Shown here: positions 1 to 9,951 of the stretch, one piece after another
Position numbering within the stretch: the stretch's first letter is position 1
Layout: each line of letters begins with the position of its first letter
Source: Kiritimatiellia bacterium
GTDB taxonomy: Bacteria; Verrucomicrobiota; Kiritimatiellia; RFP12; UBA1067
Direction: 5' to 3'
Assembly: GCA_017652705.1 (NCBI GenBank)
Contig: JAGCAM010000079.1
Span: forward strand, 11,475-75,474
DNA length: 64,000 nucleotides
The notes under the pieces: model-generated
What the model was told of the DNA's origin: nothing
Seen by the model: the letters and a program-made list of their open reading frames with translations, nothing else
Database searches by the model: none
Program-made: the position numbers and the translations under genes

Positions 1-612
1 CCCTCCTCGCCGCAGTTCGCGTAGAAGTCCGCCACCTTGAAACCCTCGTGCGCGGCGATCGCCCTCACCGCGTCGACGTATTCCTTGAGATACACGCCGT
101 TTTTCGCATCGTACGAATGCGCCGGCAGATACTTGCCGAAACCGTACGACTTGCGCGGCGTGCAGAGTATTATCTTCGCCTTCGGATTCGCCGCGCGCAT
201 TTTGTCCACCAGCACCCTGTACCTGGCGTAGAAGGTCTTGTTGGTGGATCCGGCGAGATATTCGGACATGTCGCCCACCTTGGTGAGCTTGCCCCAGTCG
301 TTGATGCCGTGCTCGACGGTGTAGTAGTCGGCCCTCGGCACGTCGTGCGCGGCCTGCCCCACCACCGTGCCGCCGTTGATCGCCGGGTTCACGAACCCGT
401 CGAACTTGAGAACGTCCATCACCCGGCTCTGATAACCGCGGGAGAATCTGCCGCCGGACGCCTTGACGTTGTCGTTGTACCACGAGATGGACGTTCCCAG
501 ACTGCACCAGGTTCCGTTCATCTTGCGTTCCGCGAACGGATCGCGCCCGAATATCGCGCACCCTGCAATGAGCGCTGCACCCGCAGCCGCGGCGACTTGT
601 TCGAATTTCATC
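1..612 (-). CDS. SGNH/GDSL-type hydrolase lipoprotein (C-terminus lies beyond window start)
   Basis: Minus-strand frame starts at ATG (revcomp of 610-612) giving MKFEQVAAAAGAALIAGC..., a lipoprotein-type signal with Cys. SGNH-like motifs (GTSIS, GG..., DGIND-like HGINDW) follow. Uninterrupted to position 1. The ORF track shows only spurious plus-strand frames here. Confidence 0.55.
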
Positions 613-636
613 AGTTCTTGCTTTCCTTTCTGTCGT

Positions 637-2385
637 TCAGTTGAAATCAAGCTGCTCCGCGCCATCCGGCCGCAGCGCCGCCTTGACCGCCGCGACGGCT
701 TCGGCTGCCGGGGAGATCACGGTTTTCGTCTTGTCGTCGCGGCGGCGCTTGACCTCCACCCCGCCTTTGGCGAGACCCTTGGCGCCGACCACCACCCGCA
801 CCGGGAAACCGATTAGATCCGCGTCTTTGAACTTGACGCCGGGTCTTTCGGCGCGGTCGTCCACGATGACGTCGATCCCCTCCGCCTCGAGCGCCGCCTC
901 AAGATCGAACGCAGCTTTCGCGGCGCCGTCGTCGGACGGGTCGAGCAGACAGACGCACACCTGGAAAGGCGCCACCGACGGCGGCCAGATTATGCCGTCT
1001 TTATCGTGGCTCTGCTCGATCACCGCCTGCATTGTGCGGCTGACGCCGATTCCGTAGCAGCCCATCGCCATGACCTGGTCTTCGAGGTTGCCGTTCTTGT
1101 AAACCGCGTTGAACGCGGCGGTGTATTTGACGCCGAGTTTGAAAACGTGCCCGACTTCGATGCCGCGCTTCACCGCCAGCGGACGGCCGCACTTCGCGCA
1201 GGCGTCGCCGTCTCTCGCTATCGCCAGATCGGCGTAGTCCCCCACGGCGATCTTCGCGTCGCGGGCGAGATCGACGTTCTTCGTGTGATAACCGTCCCGG
1301 TTGGCGCCGACGATGCACCCGGACGCCCCTTTCAGATCGAAATCGGCGACGATGCGCAGCGAAGAATCGGTCGGCCGCACCGGGCCCACCGAACCGGCGT
1401 TGGCGCCGGTCACGCGCAGCACCGTGTCGAAATCGGCGAGTTCCACTTTTTTCGCGCCGAGAAAATGCCGCAGCTTCACCTCGTTGACGTCGCGGTCGCC
1501 GGGCAGGCAGACCATCACCGGCGTGCCGTCGGCGCTGTACACGAGCGACTTGACGAACGCCGACCCCGGCACCCCCATGAACTTCGACACCTGCTCGATC
1601 GTCTTCGCCCCCGGCGTGGGTATCGTTTCGGGCGCGCCGCACTCGGCGGCGGCCGCGGCCGCCGCCGCACGGCGTTCGGCCTTCTCGAGATTCGCCGCGT
1701 AACCGCACCCGTCGCAGAAGGCGATGCCGTCTTCGCCCGAATCCGCCAGCACGTGGAATTCGTGGGAGAATTTGCCGCCGATGTCGCCGGTGTCGGCCTC
1801 GACCGGATACGCCTTCAGACCGCACCGTTCAAACACCCGCCTGTACGCCCTGTACATCGCCGTGTAGCTCGCGTCCGCGGCCTCCAGCGAAGTGTCGAAG
1901 GAGTATGCGTCCTTCATCAGAAACTCCTTGGAACGCATCAGCCCGAATCGCGGCCGTATCTCGTCGCGGAACTTCCACTGAATCTGGTAGACGGTGAGCG
2001 GCAGCTGCCGGTATGAGCTGACCACCGATTTGACGACGTCGGTCACCATCTCCTCGGCAGTGGGTGAAAGCGCGTAGTCGTGGGCGGCGCGGTCCTTCAG
2101 CCGGAACATCCCCGGCCCCATCGACTCCCACCTGCCGGACGTCTTCCAAAGTTCGGCCGGCTGGAGAATCGGCATCACGATTTCCTGAGCGCCGGCGCGG
2201 TCCATCTCCTCGCGGATTATCCGCTGGATCTTGTTGAGCGAGCGCATGCCGAGGGGCAGATAGGTGTACAGCCCGCCGGCGACCTTCTTCATCAGCCCCG
2301 CGCGGACGAGCAGCTTGTGCGAGTCAATTTCCGCGTCGCCGGGATCTTCGCGAAGCGTCTGAATCAAAAACTTTGTCCATCTCAT
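637..2385 (-). CDS. proS: prolyl-tRNA synthetase (bacterial type with editing insertion)
   Basis: 582-aa ORF. N-terminus MRWTKF..REDPGDAEIDSHKLLVRAGLMKK and class II aaRS motifs typical of ProS. The length fits the INS-domain form. Confidence 0.9.
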   Translation of the reverse strand: MRWTKFLIQTLREDPGDAEIDSHKLLVRAGLMKKVAGGLYTYLPLGMRSLNKIQRIIREEMDRAGAQEIVMPILQPAELWKTSGRWESMGPGMFRLKDRAAHDYALSPTAEEMVTDVVKSVVSSYRQLPLTVYQIQWKFRDEIRPRFGLMRSKEFLMKDAYSFDTSLEAADASYTAMYRAYRRVFERCGLKAYPVEADTGDIGGKFSHEFHVLADSGEDGIAFCDGCGYAANLEKAERRAAAAAAAAECGAPETIPTPGAKTIEQVSKFMGVPGSAFVKSLVYSADGTPVMVCLPGDRDVNEVKLRHFLGAKKVELADFDTVLRVTGANAGSVGPVRPTDSSLRIVADFDLKGASGCIVGANRDGYHTKNVDLARDAKIAVGDYADLAIARDGDACAKCGRPLAVKRGIEVGHVFKLGVKYTAAFNAVYKNGNLEDQVMAMGCYGIGVSRTMQAVIEQSHDKDGIIWPPSVAPFQVCVCLLDPSDDGAAKAAFDLEAALEAEGIDVIVDDRAERPGVKFKDADLIGFPVRVVVGAKGLAKGGVEVKRRRDDKTKTVISPAAEAVAAVKAALRPDGAEQLDFN

Positions 2386-2394
2386 AGTTGAACA

Positions 2395-3351
2395 TTATAC
2401 CATATTTCGGCGCAGCCCGCCGCTCTCGTAGATGCGCTCGATCAGCGAAACCGATTTGCGCGCCTCCTCGCCTGGCACAGGATACGGCGCACCGCTGTCC
2501 AGCGAACCGGCGAACGCCTCGAAGCACCGGAGATGCCCTTCGTACTCCAGCTGGTCCGGACGCGACGCGCCGGTAACGGCGTCGGTCACCTCTAAAGTGC
2601 CGGCGGTGCCGGTGATTTCCAGCATTTTACCGCGCCCGGGGAACGACGCGGTCGTCGCATATACGCCGCCGAGCGCCCCGCCCTTGAAAAGAATCGCCGC
2701 CGAGACCGTGTCCTCGGCCTCCATGGGGTGCGCCAGCGTCGCCGCGAACGCCTTCACCTCCACGACTTCGGGCATGAGCGCCGTAAGCCAGTCGATCATG
2801 TGGATCGACTGGTTCATGAGCGCGCCGCCGCCGTCCACCGCCCAGGTGCCGTGCCACGACGACTTGGTGTAGTACTCGTCGCCCCGCCACCAGGGTATGC
2901 GCACCCCGGCGTAGGTGATGCGCCCTAGTTCGCCGTTCTCCACCTTGCGCTTCGCCTCGAGGAACTCGTCGGTCCAGCGCGTCTGGAAAATGCAGCCGAG
3001 CGGCGTCGACGTCGCTCGGCACGCGGCGATCAGCTCGTCGATGCGCGCGGTGGTTATCGACAGCGGCTTCTCCACCAGCACCGGAACGCGGTGCGCGGCG
3101 GCGGCCTTCACCGCCTCGTCGTGACCGCCCGAAGCGGTGGCCACGCTCACCATGCCCGCGCCGGACTCCTCCAGCGCCGCGTCGAGGCCGCCCCACGCGC
3201 CGCCGCCGAACTCCGCGGACGCCTTCCGTGCGCTCTCCGGCATGAACGTGTCGCAGAAACCCGCCAGCTCGAGGTTTCCGGACGCGTTCACCGCCCGCGC
3301 GTGGAACCTTGCGATCAGCCCGGATCCGACAATCAGTACTTTTTTACCCAC
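2395..3351 (-). CDS. Gfo/Idh/MocA family NAD(P)-dependent oxidoreductase (cytoplasmic)
   Basis: 318 aa. N-terminal Rossmann MGKKVLIVGSGLIARFHA and an EKP motif (VLVEKPLS). No signal peptide. Sits 10 nt upstream of proS. Confidence 0.8.
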   Translation of the reverse strand: MGKKVLIVGSGLIARFHARAVNASGNLELAGFCDTFMPESARKASAEFGGGAWGGLDAALEESGAGMVSVATASGGHDEAVKAAAAHRVPVLVEKPLSITTARIDELIAACRATSTPLGCIFQTRWTDEFLEAKRKVENGELGRITYAGVRIPWWRGDEYYTKSSWHGTWAVDGGGALMNQSIHMIDWLTALMPEVVEVKAFAATLAHPMEAEDTVSAAILFKGGALGGVYATTASFPGRGKMLEITGTAGTLEVTDAVTGASRPDQLEYEGHLRCFEAFAGSLDSGAPYPVPGEEARKSVSLIERIYESGGLRRNMV

Positions 3352-3360
3352 CGCGGAACC

Positions 3361-3894
3361 TCAGAAATTGTCCTGCTGCAGCTGGAAGTACGCCTTCGGA
3401 TGTGCGCAGACCGGACACTTTTCGGGCGCCTTCTCGCCCTCGACGATCGCGCCGCAGTTGCGGCACTGCCATTTGTTCACGCCGACGCGCACCCAGACTT
3501 CACCGGCTTCGATGTTCTTCGCAAGCTTGCGGTAGCGCTCCTCGTGGTGTTTTTCAACCTCGGCCACCTTTGAGAAGAGAAACGCCAGCTGGGTGAAGCC
3601 CTCTTCTTTCGCCTCCTCGGCGAATCGCTTGTACATGCCGGTCCACTCTTCATGTTCGCCGGCCGCCGCGGCAAGCAGATTCGCCGGCGTGTCGCCGATT
3701 CCGTCCAGCGCCTTGAACCAGAGTTTCGCGTGTTCCTTCTCGTTCAGCGCGGTTTCCTGAAAGATCGCCGCGATCTGCTCGTAGCCGTCCTTCTTCGCGC
3801 GGGAGGCGAAGTAGTCGTATTTGTTGCGGGCCTGCGATTCGCCGGCGAACGCGGTCTGCAGATTCTTTTCGGTTTTTGATCCTTTGAGTTCCAT
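3361..3894 (-). CDS. rbr: rubrerythrin
   Basis: 177 aa. Ferritin-like di-iron N-domain with a C-terminal rubredoxin-like CxxC...CxxC (WQCRNCGAI...KCPVCAHPK). RBS GGAGGG lies 5 nt before the ATG. Confidence 0.9.
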   Translation of the reverse strand: MELKGSKTEKNLQTAFAGESQARNKYDYFASRAKKDGYEQIAAIFQETALNEKEHAKLWFKALDGIGDTPANLLAAAAGEHEEWTGMYKRFAEEAKEEGFTQLAFLFSKVAEVEKHHEERYRKLAKNIEAGEVWVRVGVNKWQCRNCGAIVEGEKAPEKCPVCAHPKAYFQLQQDNF

Positions 3895-3932
3895 ATTCCC
3901 TCCTAAGTTTTTTTGCGTCAGGTTGATTTTGA

Positions 3933-3962
3933 ATTATACCACACCGCCGCGCAGACGGTCAA
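3933..3962 (-). promoter_or_regulatory. sigma70-like promoter for rubrerythrin
   Basis: On the minus strand: TTGACC (3957-3962), 18-nt spacer, TGgTATAAT (3933-3941), then a ~36-nt leader with GGAGGG RBS before the ATG at 3894. Confidence 0.45.
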
Positions 3963-4382
3963 CCGCGGCGCCATCGCCACGCCCAGCCCCGAAGTCAACT
4001 CCGATGGCCTGCAAAGAAGGCTCCGCTACCGCTGCGCCCGAAGCTTCGCGCTCCCTGGCCGCTCAGAGGTTCAGCAGGAAATGCCGTCAAAAATCGGGGT
4101 ATGCGTGGAGATATAGCCTGATTGACGGCAGTCGCTGGCTGGTGAACGCGAAGGGCGAATTTGTTGCGAGCGGGCAGAATAGAGGCGCGAGAACACTCGC
4201 ATGGCTTTAGCCGCTCGCGGGGGTACCCACTTTTCGATTTTGGGGTACCCCTTTGCCGCTATAGTTGCATAGGAACGTCCCCGTGCACTTGTGGATCACC
4301 TCCGCCACGCAGATTCCAACACGGCGCGGCAAAAATTGTATTTGCGGAACGCGGCGGCCGCCACGGGCTGCCGTACGTCTTG

Positions 4383-4421
4383 TGCCACCCTTATCCCGGA
4401 TTTTCCGGGATAAGGGTGGCA
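4383..4421. repeat. perfect 17-bp inverted repeat (tgccacccttatcccgg / ccgggataagggtggca) with a 5-nt loop
   Basis: Read directly from sequence. It lies ~60 nt downstream of the GT2 stop and ~490 nt upstream of the rubrerythrin start. No adjacent U-tract. A second imperfect hairpin (gccagaaag...ctttttggc) sits at 4424-4445. Confidence 0.8.
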
Positions 4422-4479
4422 TCGCCAGAAAGATTGCTTTTTGGCGTCGGAAAACAGTCGCAATGATTGCGGCAAGGGA

Positions 4480-5181
4480 TCACGGCCGGAAGGCGTAGAA
4501 AAACCAGCGGAGATAGTTGGGCAGCCACTTCCAAAGCTTGAAGTTGCTCTTGCCCGCCACCCGGTCGCGCCAGGTGGTGGGGACTTCGACGATCTTCCTG
4601 CCCGCGGCGCGCGCCTTTACCACCAGTTCGATGCCGAGCTCGAAACCGCCCGTCGACTCGATGGTCACCGTCTTCAGGAACGACTTGCGGTAGAGCTTGA
4701 AACTGTTGGTCGGGTCGTGCGTCGGCAGCCGCGCGAACCAGCAGAGCAGCAAGCCTGCCGTGCGCGAGAGAAGGCCCTTGAACTTCGGGCCGCCGTACTG
4801 CCTGCCGCCTTTCATGTAGCGCGAGGCGCAGACGATGTCGGCATTGTCGCGGTCGGCGGCGGCAACCATGTCGTTGATGACCCCGGGCGGATCGCACAAG
4901 TCCGCCATGGTGACCACCACCAACTCCCCCGGCGCTTCTTCGAGACCGGTCTTGATCGCATTGAGCGCGCCGCGTCCGTACTTGTTCTTCAGGAGCGTGA
5001 ACGGAAGCCTCGTTTTGCCTTCCAGCTCCCGCGCCGGCGCGAGCGTGGTGTCGTCGTCCCGGTCGTAGACGAGAGAAGTTTCGGCTTCAACAGCGACCTT
5101 GGCGTCGAGTTCCGCCAAGGTCGTGCGGATGTTGTCCCCTTCGTTGTAGACGGGGACGACGATGGAGACGCGCGCGCTCAA
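4480..5181 (-). CDS. family 2 glycosyltransferase (dolichyl-phosphate mannose synthase-like)
   Basis: 233 aa. SIVVPVYNE and a DxD-containing GT-A fold signature. Its start overlaps the upstream epimerase stop by 4 nt. Confidence 0.85.
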   Translation of the reverse strand: MSARVSIVVPVYNEGDNIRTTLAELDAKVAVEAETSLVYDRDDDTTLAPARELEGKTRLPFTLLKNKYGRGALNAIKTGLEEAPGELVVVTMADLCDPPGVINDMVAAADRDNADIVCASRYMKGGRQYGGPKFKGLLSRTAGLLLCWFARLPTHDPTNSFKLYRKSFLKTVTIESTGGFELGIELVVKARAAGRKIVEVPTTWRDRVAGKSNFKLWKWLPNYLRWFFYAFRP

Positions 5182-6200
5182 ATGCCGCCGATCCGGATCT
5201 GCTCCTCGATCCAGGGCATCACCTCGTCGAGAATCTGGTCGAGCGTCGTGTCCGCCGAGAAGCCGAGGAGCTTCTTGGCCTTGTCCACCGCCGGGACGCG
5301 CTTCTGGACGTCATACTTGAACGGCTCGTCCGAAACGTACTTGAACGGCTTCGCGCCCTTGTGGCGGCGGTTCCAGATGTTCTGAGCGAGTTCCAGCACC
5401 GTGGTCGAGACCGGCGTGGAGAGGTTGAAGTCCTCGTTAACCGCCTCCGGCTTCTCGATGCAGAGGCGGATGCCCCGCGCGAGGTCGCCGCCGTAGGTGT
5501 AGTGACGAACCTGGTTGCCGGCGCCGAGGATGTGGAGCGGATCCTGCCCCTTGAACACCTTCTGCACCAGGTCCGGCACGACATGGCTCATGGCGAGCTT
5601 GACGTTCCCGCTCTCGATCTCCGTATCGCACAAGGCGCGCTTCTCGCCGATGCCGACGCAGTTGAACGGGCGGATGACGGTGTAGGGAAGCTGGTACTGC
5701 TCCCAGGCGCCCTGCGCGAAGTACTCGCAGGCGAGTTTCTGAAAGCCGTAGGTCGAGGACGGAGGCGGACACTTGCGCGCCTCCGTCTCAGGCGTCGGGT
5801 AGATGGCGGTATTCTCGAAGACCATCGACGACGAGAGGACGTTGATCTTCTTGAGCTTCGCGTTCTTCTTCGCCCAGACGGCGGTGTCGAACGTCGCCGC
5901 GGCGATTCGCTCGTTCTCCGCGAGGAGGTCGTAGGCGAAGGTGTGGAAGTAGGATATGCCCCCGATCATCGCAGCCGCGCCGAGGATCTGGTCGCAGTCC
6001 TTGACCAGGTCCTTCATCAGGTCGAGGTCCTTGACGTCGCCGCGGGTGAAGTGGTAGTTGGGGTGGTTGTCGTAGCTCTTCTTGACGGGCCCGTACTTGG
6101 AGAAGTTGTCGATGCCGACGACTTCGTGTCCGTGGTTGAGCAGCTCTTCGACGAGATATCCGCAGATGAACCCGGCGGAACCGGTTACCAGTATTTTCAT
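5178..6200 (-). CDS. NAD-dependent epimerase/dehydratase (SDR extended family)
   Basis: 340 aa. MKILVTGSAGFICGYLVEEL glycine-rich NAD motif and a YxxxK-type region. RBS AAGAGG before the ATG. Confidence 0.85.
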   Translation of the reverse strand: MKILVTGSAGFICGYLVEELLNHGHEVVGIDNFSKYGPVKKSYDNHPNYHFTRGDVKDLDLMKDLVKDCDQILGAAAMIGGISYFHTFAYDLLAENERIAAATFDTAVWAKKNAKLKKINVLSSSMVFENTAIYPTPETEARKCPPPSSTYGFQKLACEYFAQGAWEQYQLPYTVIRPFNCVGIGEKRALCDTEIESGNVKLAMSHVVPDLVQKVFKGQDPLHILGAGNQVRHYTYGGDLARGIRLCIEKPEAVNEDFNLSTPVSTTVLELAQNIWNRRHKGAKPFKYVSDEPFKYDVQKRVPAVDKAKKLLGFSADTTLDQILDEVMPWIEEQIRIGGI

Positions 6201-6498
6201 GTCTTACCTCTTTTTTGTGATTAAAGGAATCTCCTTGCCGGAATCGGCATCGTATTCGAAGTCAGACCCGGCCTCCGCGACCAACTTGCCCGCACCGCGG
6301 CAAAATGCAACTTGACAGTCGTCAGTCGCATAGCTGCGACGGCAATAGCCGGGCGACAGGCGGATGCGTCTTCCCGCCCTGCCCGAAGGCTCTTTCTGAC
6401 TGCAGAGCCCGTACGACACGGAGAAAAGTTCTGACACCTCGGTCCATTCGGCATCATTGAGAGTCGAACCTGGTCGAACCGAACATGTCAGAACCGCG

Positions 6499-7683
6499 TC
6501 ACCCATTGCGCCAACATCCCCAGCAGTCAACGAAAGGCTTTCTTATCCGCAATTTCCTGTACGCCGAGTGGGGTACGCCGAGGATGATGCCGTCCGACTC
6601 CTTGACGAATGCCTTGAGCGGCGTCGTGCCGGGCACGAACTCGTCGGTGACGAGGACCTTCGCCATCTTCATCTCCAGGAGTTTCTTCACCTTGAACGAG
6701 AGCGATTCGCGGATGTCGTCGTTATCCGGCTTGAACGCCATGCCCATGATGCCGATCTTCTTACCCTTGAGCGAACCCATCTTCGCCTCCAACTGGGAGA
6801 CGAGGAAGTTGGGGAGCCCCTCGTTGACGAGCATCGCGGAGTGCCCGAGGAAGAACTCGTTGTTGTGGAAGGCCGAGAGCTGCATCGTGTCTTTGAAGAG
6901 ACACGGCCCAGCGGCCAGGCCGGCGCCGGCGAAGTGCTTCGCGCGCGGGTAGTCGTCTTTCATCGCCCGGAGGATGCGGTAGAAGTCAAGCCCCTGCTTC
7001 TCCACCATCATGTAGAACTGGTTGGCGATGGCGAATTCGAGGTAGCGCCAGGCGTTCGTCATCAGCTTGGCGAGCTCGGCCTCCTCCGGCTTGATGCGGA
7101 TGATCTTCGGCGCGATCGCTGAAAAGAGCGCGGCGGCGGCGTTTTCGGCCTTCTTGTTGACGCCCGAGACGAGCTGCGGCAGGTTGAATATCTCCTCGAT
7201 GCCCTTTCCCTGGACGATACGTTCGGGGCAGAACGCCAAATTGGCCGCGCCGAGCTTCGCCTTGAGCGCATCCTCGACGATGCGCGTCACGCCCGGAAAG
7301 ATCGTCGAGCGCAAGACCACCAACTGGCGCTTGTTGAGGTACGGCAGATAGGCGGCGAGCACCTTCATCACGTCGTGTATCTTGGGGTTCAAATGCTCGT
7401 CGACCGGCGTGCCCGTGACGAACACGACGACATCCTGCTTCTTCACCACTCCGGCGTCCGACGTCGCGCGCAGATTCCTGCCGACGTGCGCTTTCAAGAG
7501 CTCGGTCGCGCCGTCTTCCTTGAAAGGCAGGTGCGCCTTGTTGACATTCTCCACCGCCTTCGGATTGACGTCGAGGAGCGTCACATCGAAGTTTCTGCTC
7601 GCGAAGGCGAGACCAAGTGGCGTGCCGACATGGCCGCAGCCGCCGATGATGCAAATCTTCTTTGCCTTTAGAACTCTTTTCAT
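6499..7683 (-). CDS. nucleotide-sugar dehydrogenase (UDP-glucose/GDP-mannose dehydrogenase family)
   Basis: I chose the internal ATG (MKRVLKAKKICIIGGCGHVGTPLG...) as start. The ORF track extends upstream to 7941, but the Rossmann N-terminus begins here. Catalytic region GAGLAAGPCLFKD and C-terminal GMAFKPDNDDIRES match the family. Confidence 0.8.
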   Translation of the reverse strand: MKRVLKAKKICIIGGCGHVGTPLGLAFASRNFDVTLLDVNPKAVENVNKAHLPFKEDGATELLKAHVGRNLRATSDAGVVKKQDVVVFVTGTPVDEHLNPKIHDVMKVLAAYLPYLNKRQLVVLRSTIFPGVTRIVEDALKAKLGAANLAFCPERIVQGKGIEEIFNLPQLVSGVNKKAENAAAALFSAIAPKIIRIKPEEAELAKLMTNAWRYLEFAIANQFYMMVEKQGLDFYRILRAMKDDYPRAKHFAGAGLAAGPCLFKDTMQLSAFHNNEFFLGHSAMLVNEGLPNFLVSQLEAKMGSLKGKKIGIMGMAFKPDNDDIRESLSFKVKKLLEMKMAKVLVTDEFVPGTTPLKAFVKESDGIILGVPHSAYRKLRIRKPFVDCWGCWRNG

Positions 7684-7690
7684 GCCTGCA

Positions 7691-7699
7691 ATTATATCA
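7691..7699 (-). promoter_or_regulatory. extended -10 element TGaTATAAT, 7 nt upstream of the dehydrogenase ATG (leaderless-type)
   Basis: Minus-strand reading ...aaTaTGaTATAATtgcaggcATG. The spacing is what is expected when the TSS coincides with the start codon. Confidence 0.4.
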
Positions 7700-7991
7700 T
7701 ATTGCGGCGCTTCTTGGCGCTGATTTTGACGCCGCGGCTTTCCCCGGCCCGGCCGAAAGCGCCGAACGCAGCTCTCTGGCGGCGATTTCAAGGCGGCCGT
7801 TGAGACGGGCATAGGCTGCATCGCGGACCGCGTCGAAAGCGGTGCGCAGATTCTTTCGCCGAGCTTCGAAGGCGGCGAACCCCTCAGCCGGGCACCCCAT
7901 CGCGATTTCCGCGCGGCGAAACGTTCCCTCAGCGATTCCAACGCGCCGCTTGACGGATTTTTTCACCTGCGCATTCGCCCGCCGGCAGACG

Positions 7992-9929
7992 TCACTTCCC
8001 GGCTGCGGCCAATTCCAGCGCCTGGCGGTAGACGCGGATTTTCGCGACGATCTCGGGCCGCGTCCAATTGATTACGAACGACGGATAGTACTGCCCGGTC
8101 TTGGGCGGGAATATACGGTTGAATTCGGCAAGCGCGGCGTCAAGCCCGGCGGCCGCTTTTTCAAGATCGGCGATTGCCGCCGCAACCTTGCCGACGTCGC
8201 CGCTGGCGAGATATTCCGCCAGCGATTTCAGGCCGCGCTGGTGAAAGGTCATCGCGTCGAGATCGAGCGCCTCGAAACGCGCGCGCCCCGCCTCGGCTGC
8301 CGCCAGCCCGGCGCTCGCGGTTCCCGCGGCGGACGTCGCGAGCGCGTCTGCCGCTTCACGCATCCTCTTCGCGCCGAACCCGAAGTTGCCCACCAGTTCC
8401 GCGCCGCTCTCGCCGCCGCGTTCGGGCATGAACCGGTAGTCGAAATATATATCGTAGGGCAGATTGCAGAACTGCCACGCGCGCAGATACGCCGCGGCGT
8501 TCCCGCTCAGATAATCACGCCACGGGCCGGGATTCTCCGGATCGACCGCAGCGGCGAGACGGGCGGTCAGAGAATCCGGTGTGTGCCCGCCTTCCCACGC
8601 CAGCAGAGACATGGCGAGCATGTTCCAGTCCACCCCCTGCAGTTCGCCGCCTACATGCAGCGACATCCAGCAGGTGATGCCCCCGTCGATGTAGGCGTCG
8701 GCGTCGCCGATCAGCACCTGCGGCAGATAGGGGGTGTGCCCCCGGAAAAGTATCTTGTCGTTGTAGTACTCGAAAGTGTGCGCGTCGTCCACGCCTTCGA
8801 AGCGGCGCTGGTATTCCTTGAGCGCGCGGTGGTAGGTGCGGTTGTGTGCGCACGACGGATCGTTCAGCGCGTGGGCGTAGCAGCGCTCGCGCGGCGCGAA
8901 CAGAAGAAAGCACTCCTTCGCTGGCGCGAACAACTTCGACGGAAACATCGTGTCGTGATAGGCGATGACCGGCACGCGCAGCGACGAGCCGAGCTCCCGC
9001 ACCGCCTCCGCCTCGATATTCATCACCAGCGCGCTCTGGTCGGTGCCGGTGAAAGCGCGGCAGCGCGAACACATGCACCAGCCGCCGCCGGGCAAATCGT
9101 CAGCCCAGGCGTGTATCGCGTGGACCCCCCCGCCGACTGCCGGCTCGAGACGCTTCTTGAAATTGCGCTTCACTATGTCGCGCGTCTTCGGATTCGTCGC
9201 GCAGAAGTTCGAGTCCTTCATCCGCTTGCCGTTGAAATCCTCGGGCTGGAACATGCGGAAGAGTTCGGGTTCTTTGTCGAAAAGTTCTCGCGGCAGACAC
9301 GAGCTCATGCCGTGGCCGCCGGCCTCGGCCCTGAACCCGAGTTTTTTGAGCAGATCCATGCGCTCCGGAACGATGCGCGCGGAGTGCGCGCAGATCGAGT
9401 TGAACTTGAGCTTGGCGAGAAACGCGTACCACTCCTCGACCGTGTACGACACGCAGGCGCTCGACGCGAAAAGCCCGCGTCGTTCAAAACGCGGATTCAC
9501 CGTCTTCACCTCGTCTTTCACCGGCTTCATCCGCCGCGGCACCAGCTCCCCCTTTTCGCCCGGCGCGATAAAGGAGAAGCCGAGTTCTTCGGCGATGGTG
9601 TAGACGCCGTTGAGAACGCCTTTGCCGCACGCAGCGGCGACCGTCACACCGTCTTTGCAGGCACTCTTGACGAACCCGTCGTGGCGCACCGAGGAGACGT
9701 CGCATTGGCGCGGCGCCCCGAGCGACACGGATTCGCCTGCGCCGGCCGCCGTCCGCACCGACGCCTTGACCCCGGCGCGCCCGAGCAGCCGCGCGAGTTC
9801 GCCCGCGGCGTAGTTGGTGAGTTCGCCGCCGGTGGCGGTTATTTCGACCTTTTCAAGCGAGACGGCGTCAAAGGCAGACACCGCCCCCGCCGACAGGGCG
9901 GCGGCAAGGGCGACTGTGATTCTGTTCAT
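7992..9929 (-). CDS. secreted DUF4838-like (GH20-like, CxCxxC-containing) putative glycoside hydrolase
   Basis: 645 aa. Signal peptide MNRITVALAAALSAGAVSA. Core region FRM...FCATNP...WADDLPGGGWCMCSRCRAF is shared with three other proteins in this window. Confidence 0.55.
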   Translation of the reverse strand: MNRITVALAAALSAGAVSAFDAVSLEKVEITATGGELTNYAAGELARLLGRAGVKASVRTAAGAGESVSLGAPRQCDVSSVRHDGFVKSACKDGVTVAAACGKGVLNGVYTIAEELGFSFIAPGEKGELVPRRMKPVKDEVKTVNPRFERRGLFASSACVSYTVEEWYAFLAKLKFNSICAHSARIVPERMDLLKKLGFRAEAGGHGMSSCLPRELFDKEPELFRMFQPEDFNGKRMKDSNFCATNPKTRDIVKRNFKKRLEPAVGGGVHAIHAWADDLPGGGWCMCSRCRAFTGTDQSALVMNIEAEAVRELGSSLRVPVIAYHDTMFPSKLFAPAKECFLLFAPRERCYAHALNDPSCAHNRTYHRALKEYQRRFEGVDDAHTFEYYNDKILFRGHTPYLPQVLIGDADAYIDGGITCWMSLHVGGELQGVDWNMLAMSLLAWEGGHTPDSLTARLAAAVDPENPGPWRDYLSGNAAAYLRAWQFCNLPYDIYFDYRFMPERGGESGAELVGNFGFGAKRMREAADALATSAAGTASAGLAAAEAGRARFEALDLDAMTFHQRGLKSLAEYLASGDVGKVAAAIADLEKAAAGLDAALAEFNRIFPPKTGQYYPSFVINWTRPEIVAKIRVYRQALELAAAGK

Positions 9930-9951
9930 GTCTTATCTCCCTCAAACTGGT

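Noticed and set aside
1001-1825. 274-aa minus-strand ORF rich in Arg and Gly inside proS.
   Set aside because: It is in an alternate frame of the proS coding region and shows extreme compositional bias with no domain features.
7697-7966. 89-aa GTG-initiated minus-strand ORF (MKKSVKRR...) fitting exactly into the gap between the DUF4838 gene and the dehydrogenase.
   Set aside because: It has no RBS and no leaderless-type -10 in front. Its composition is Ala/Arg-rich like spurious GC-rich frames. It also overlaps the inferred promoter region of the downstream gene. Kept only as a very low-probability candidate.
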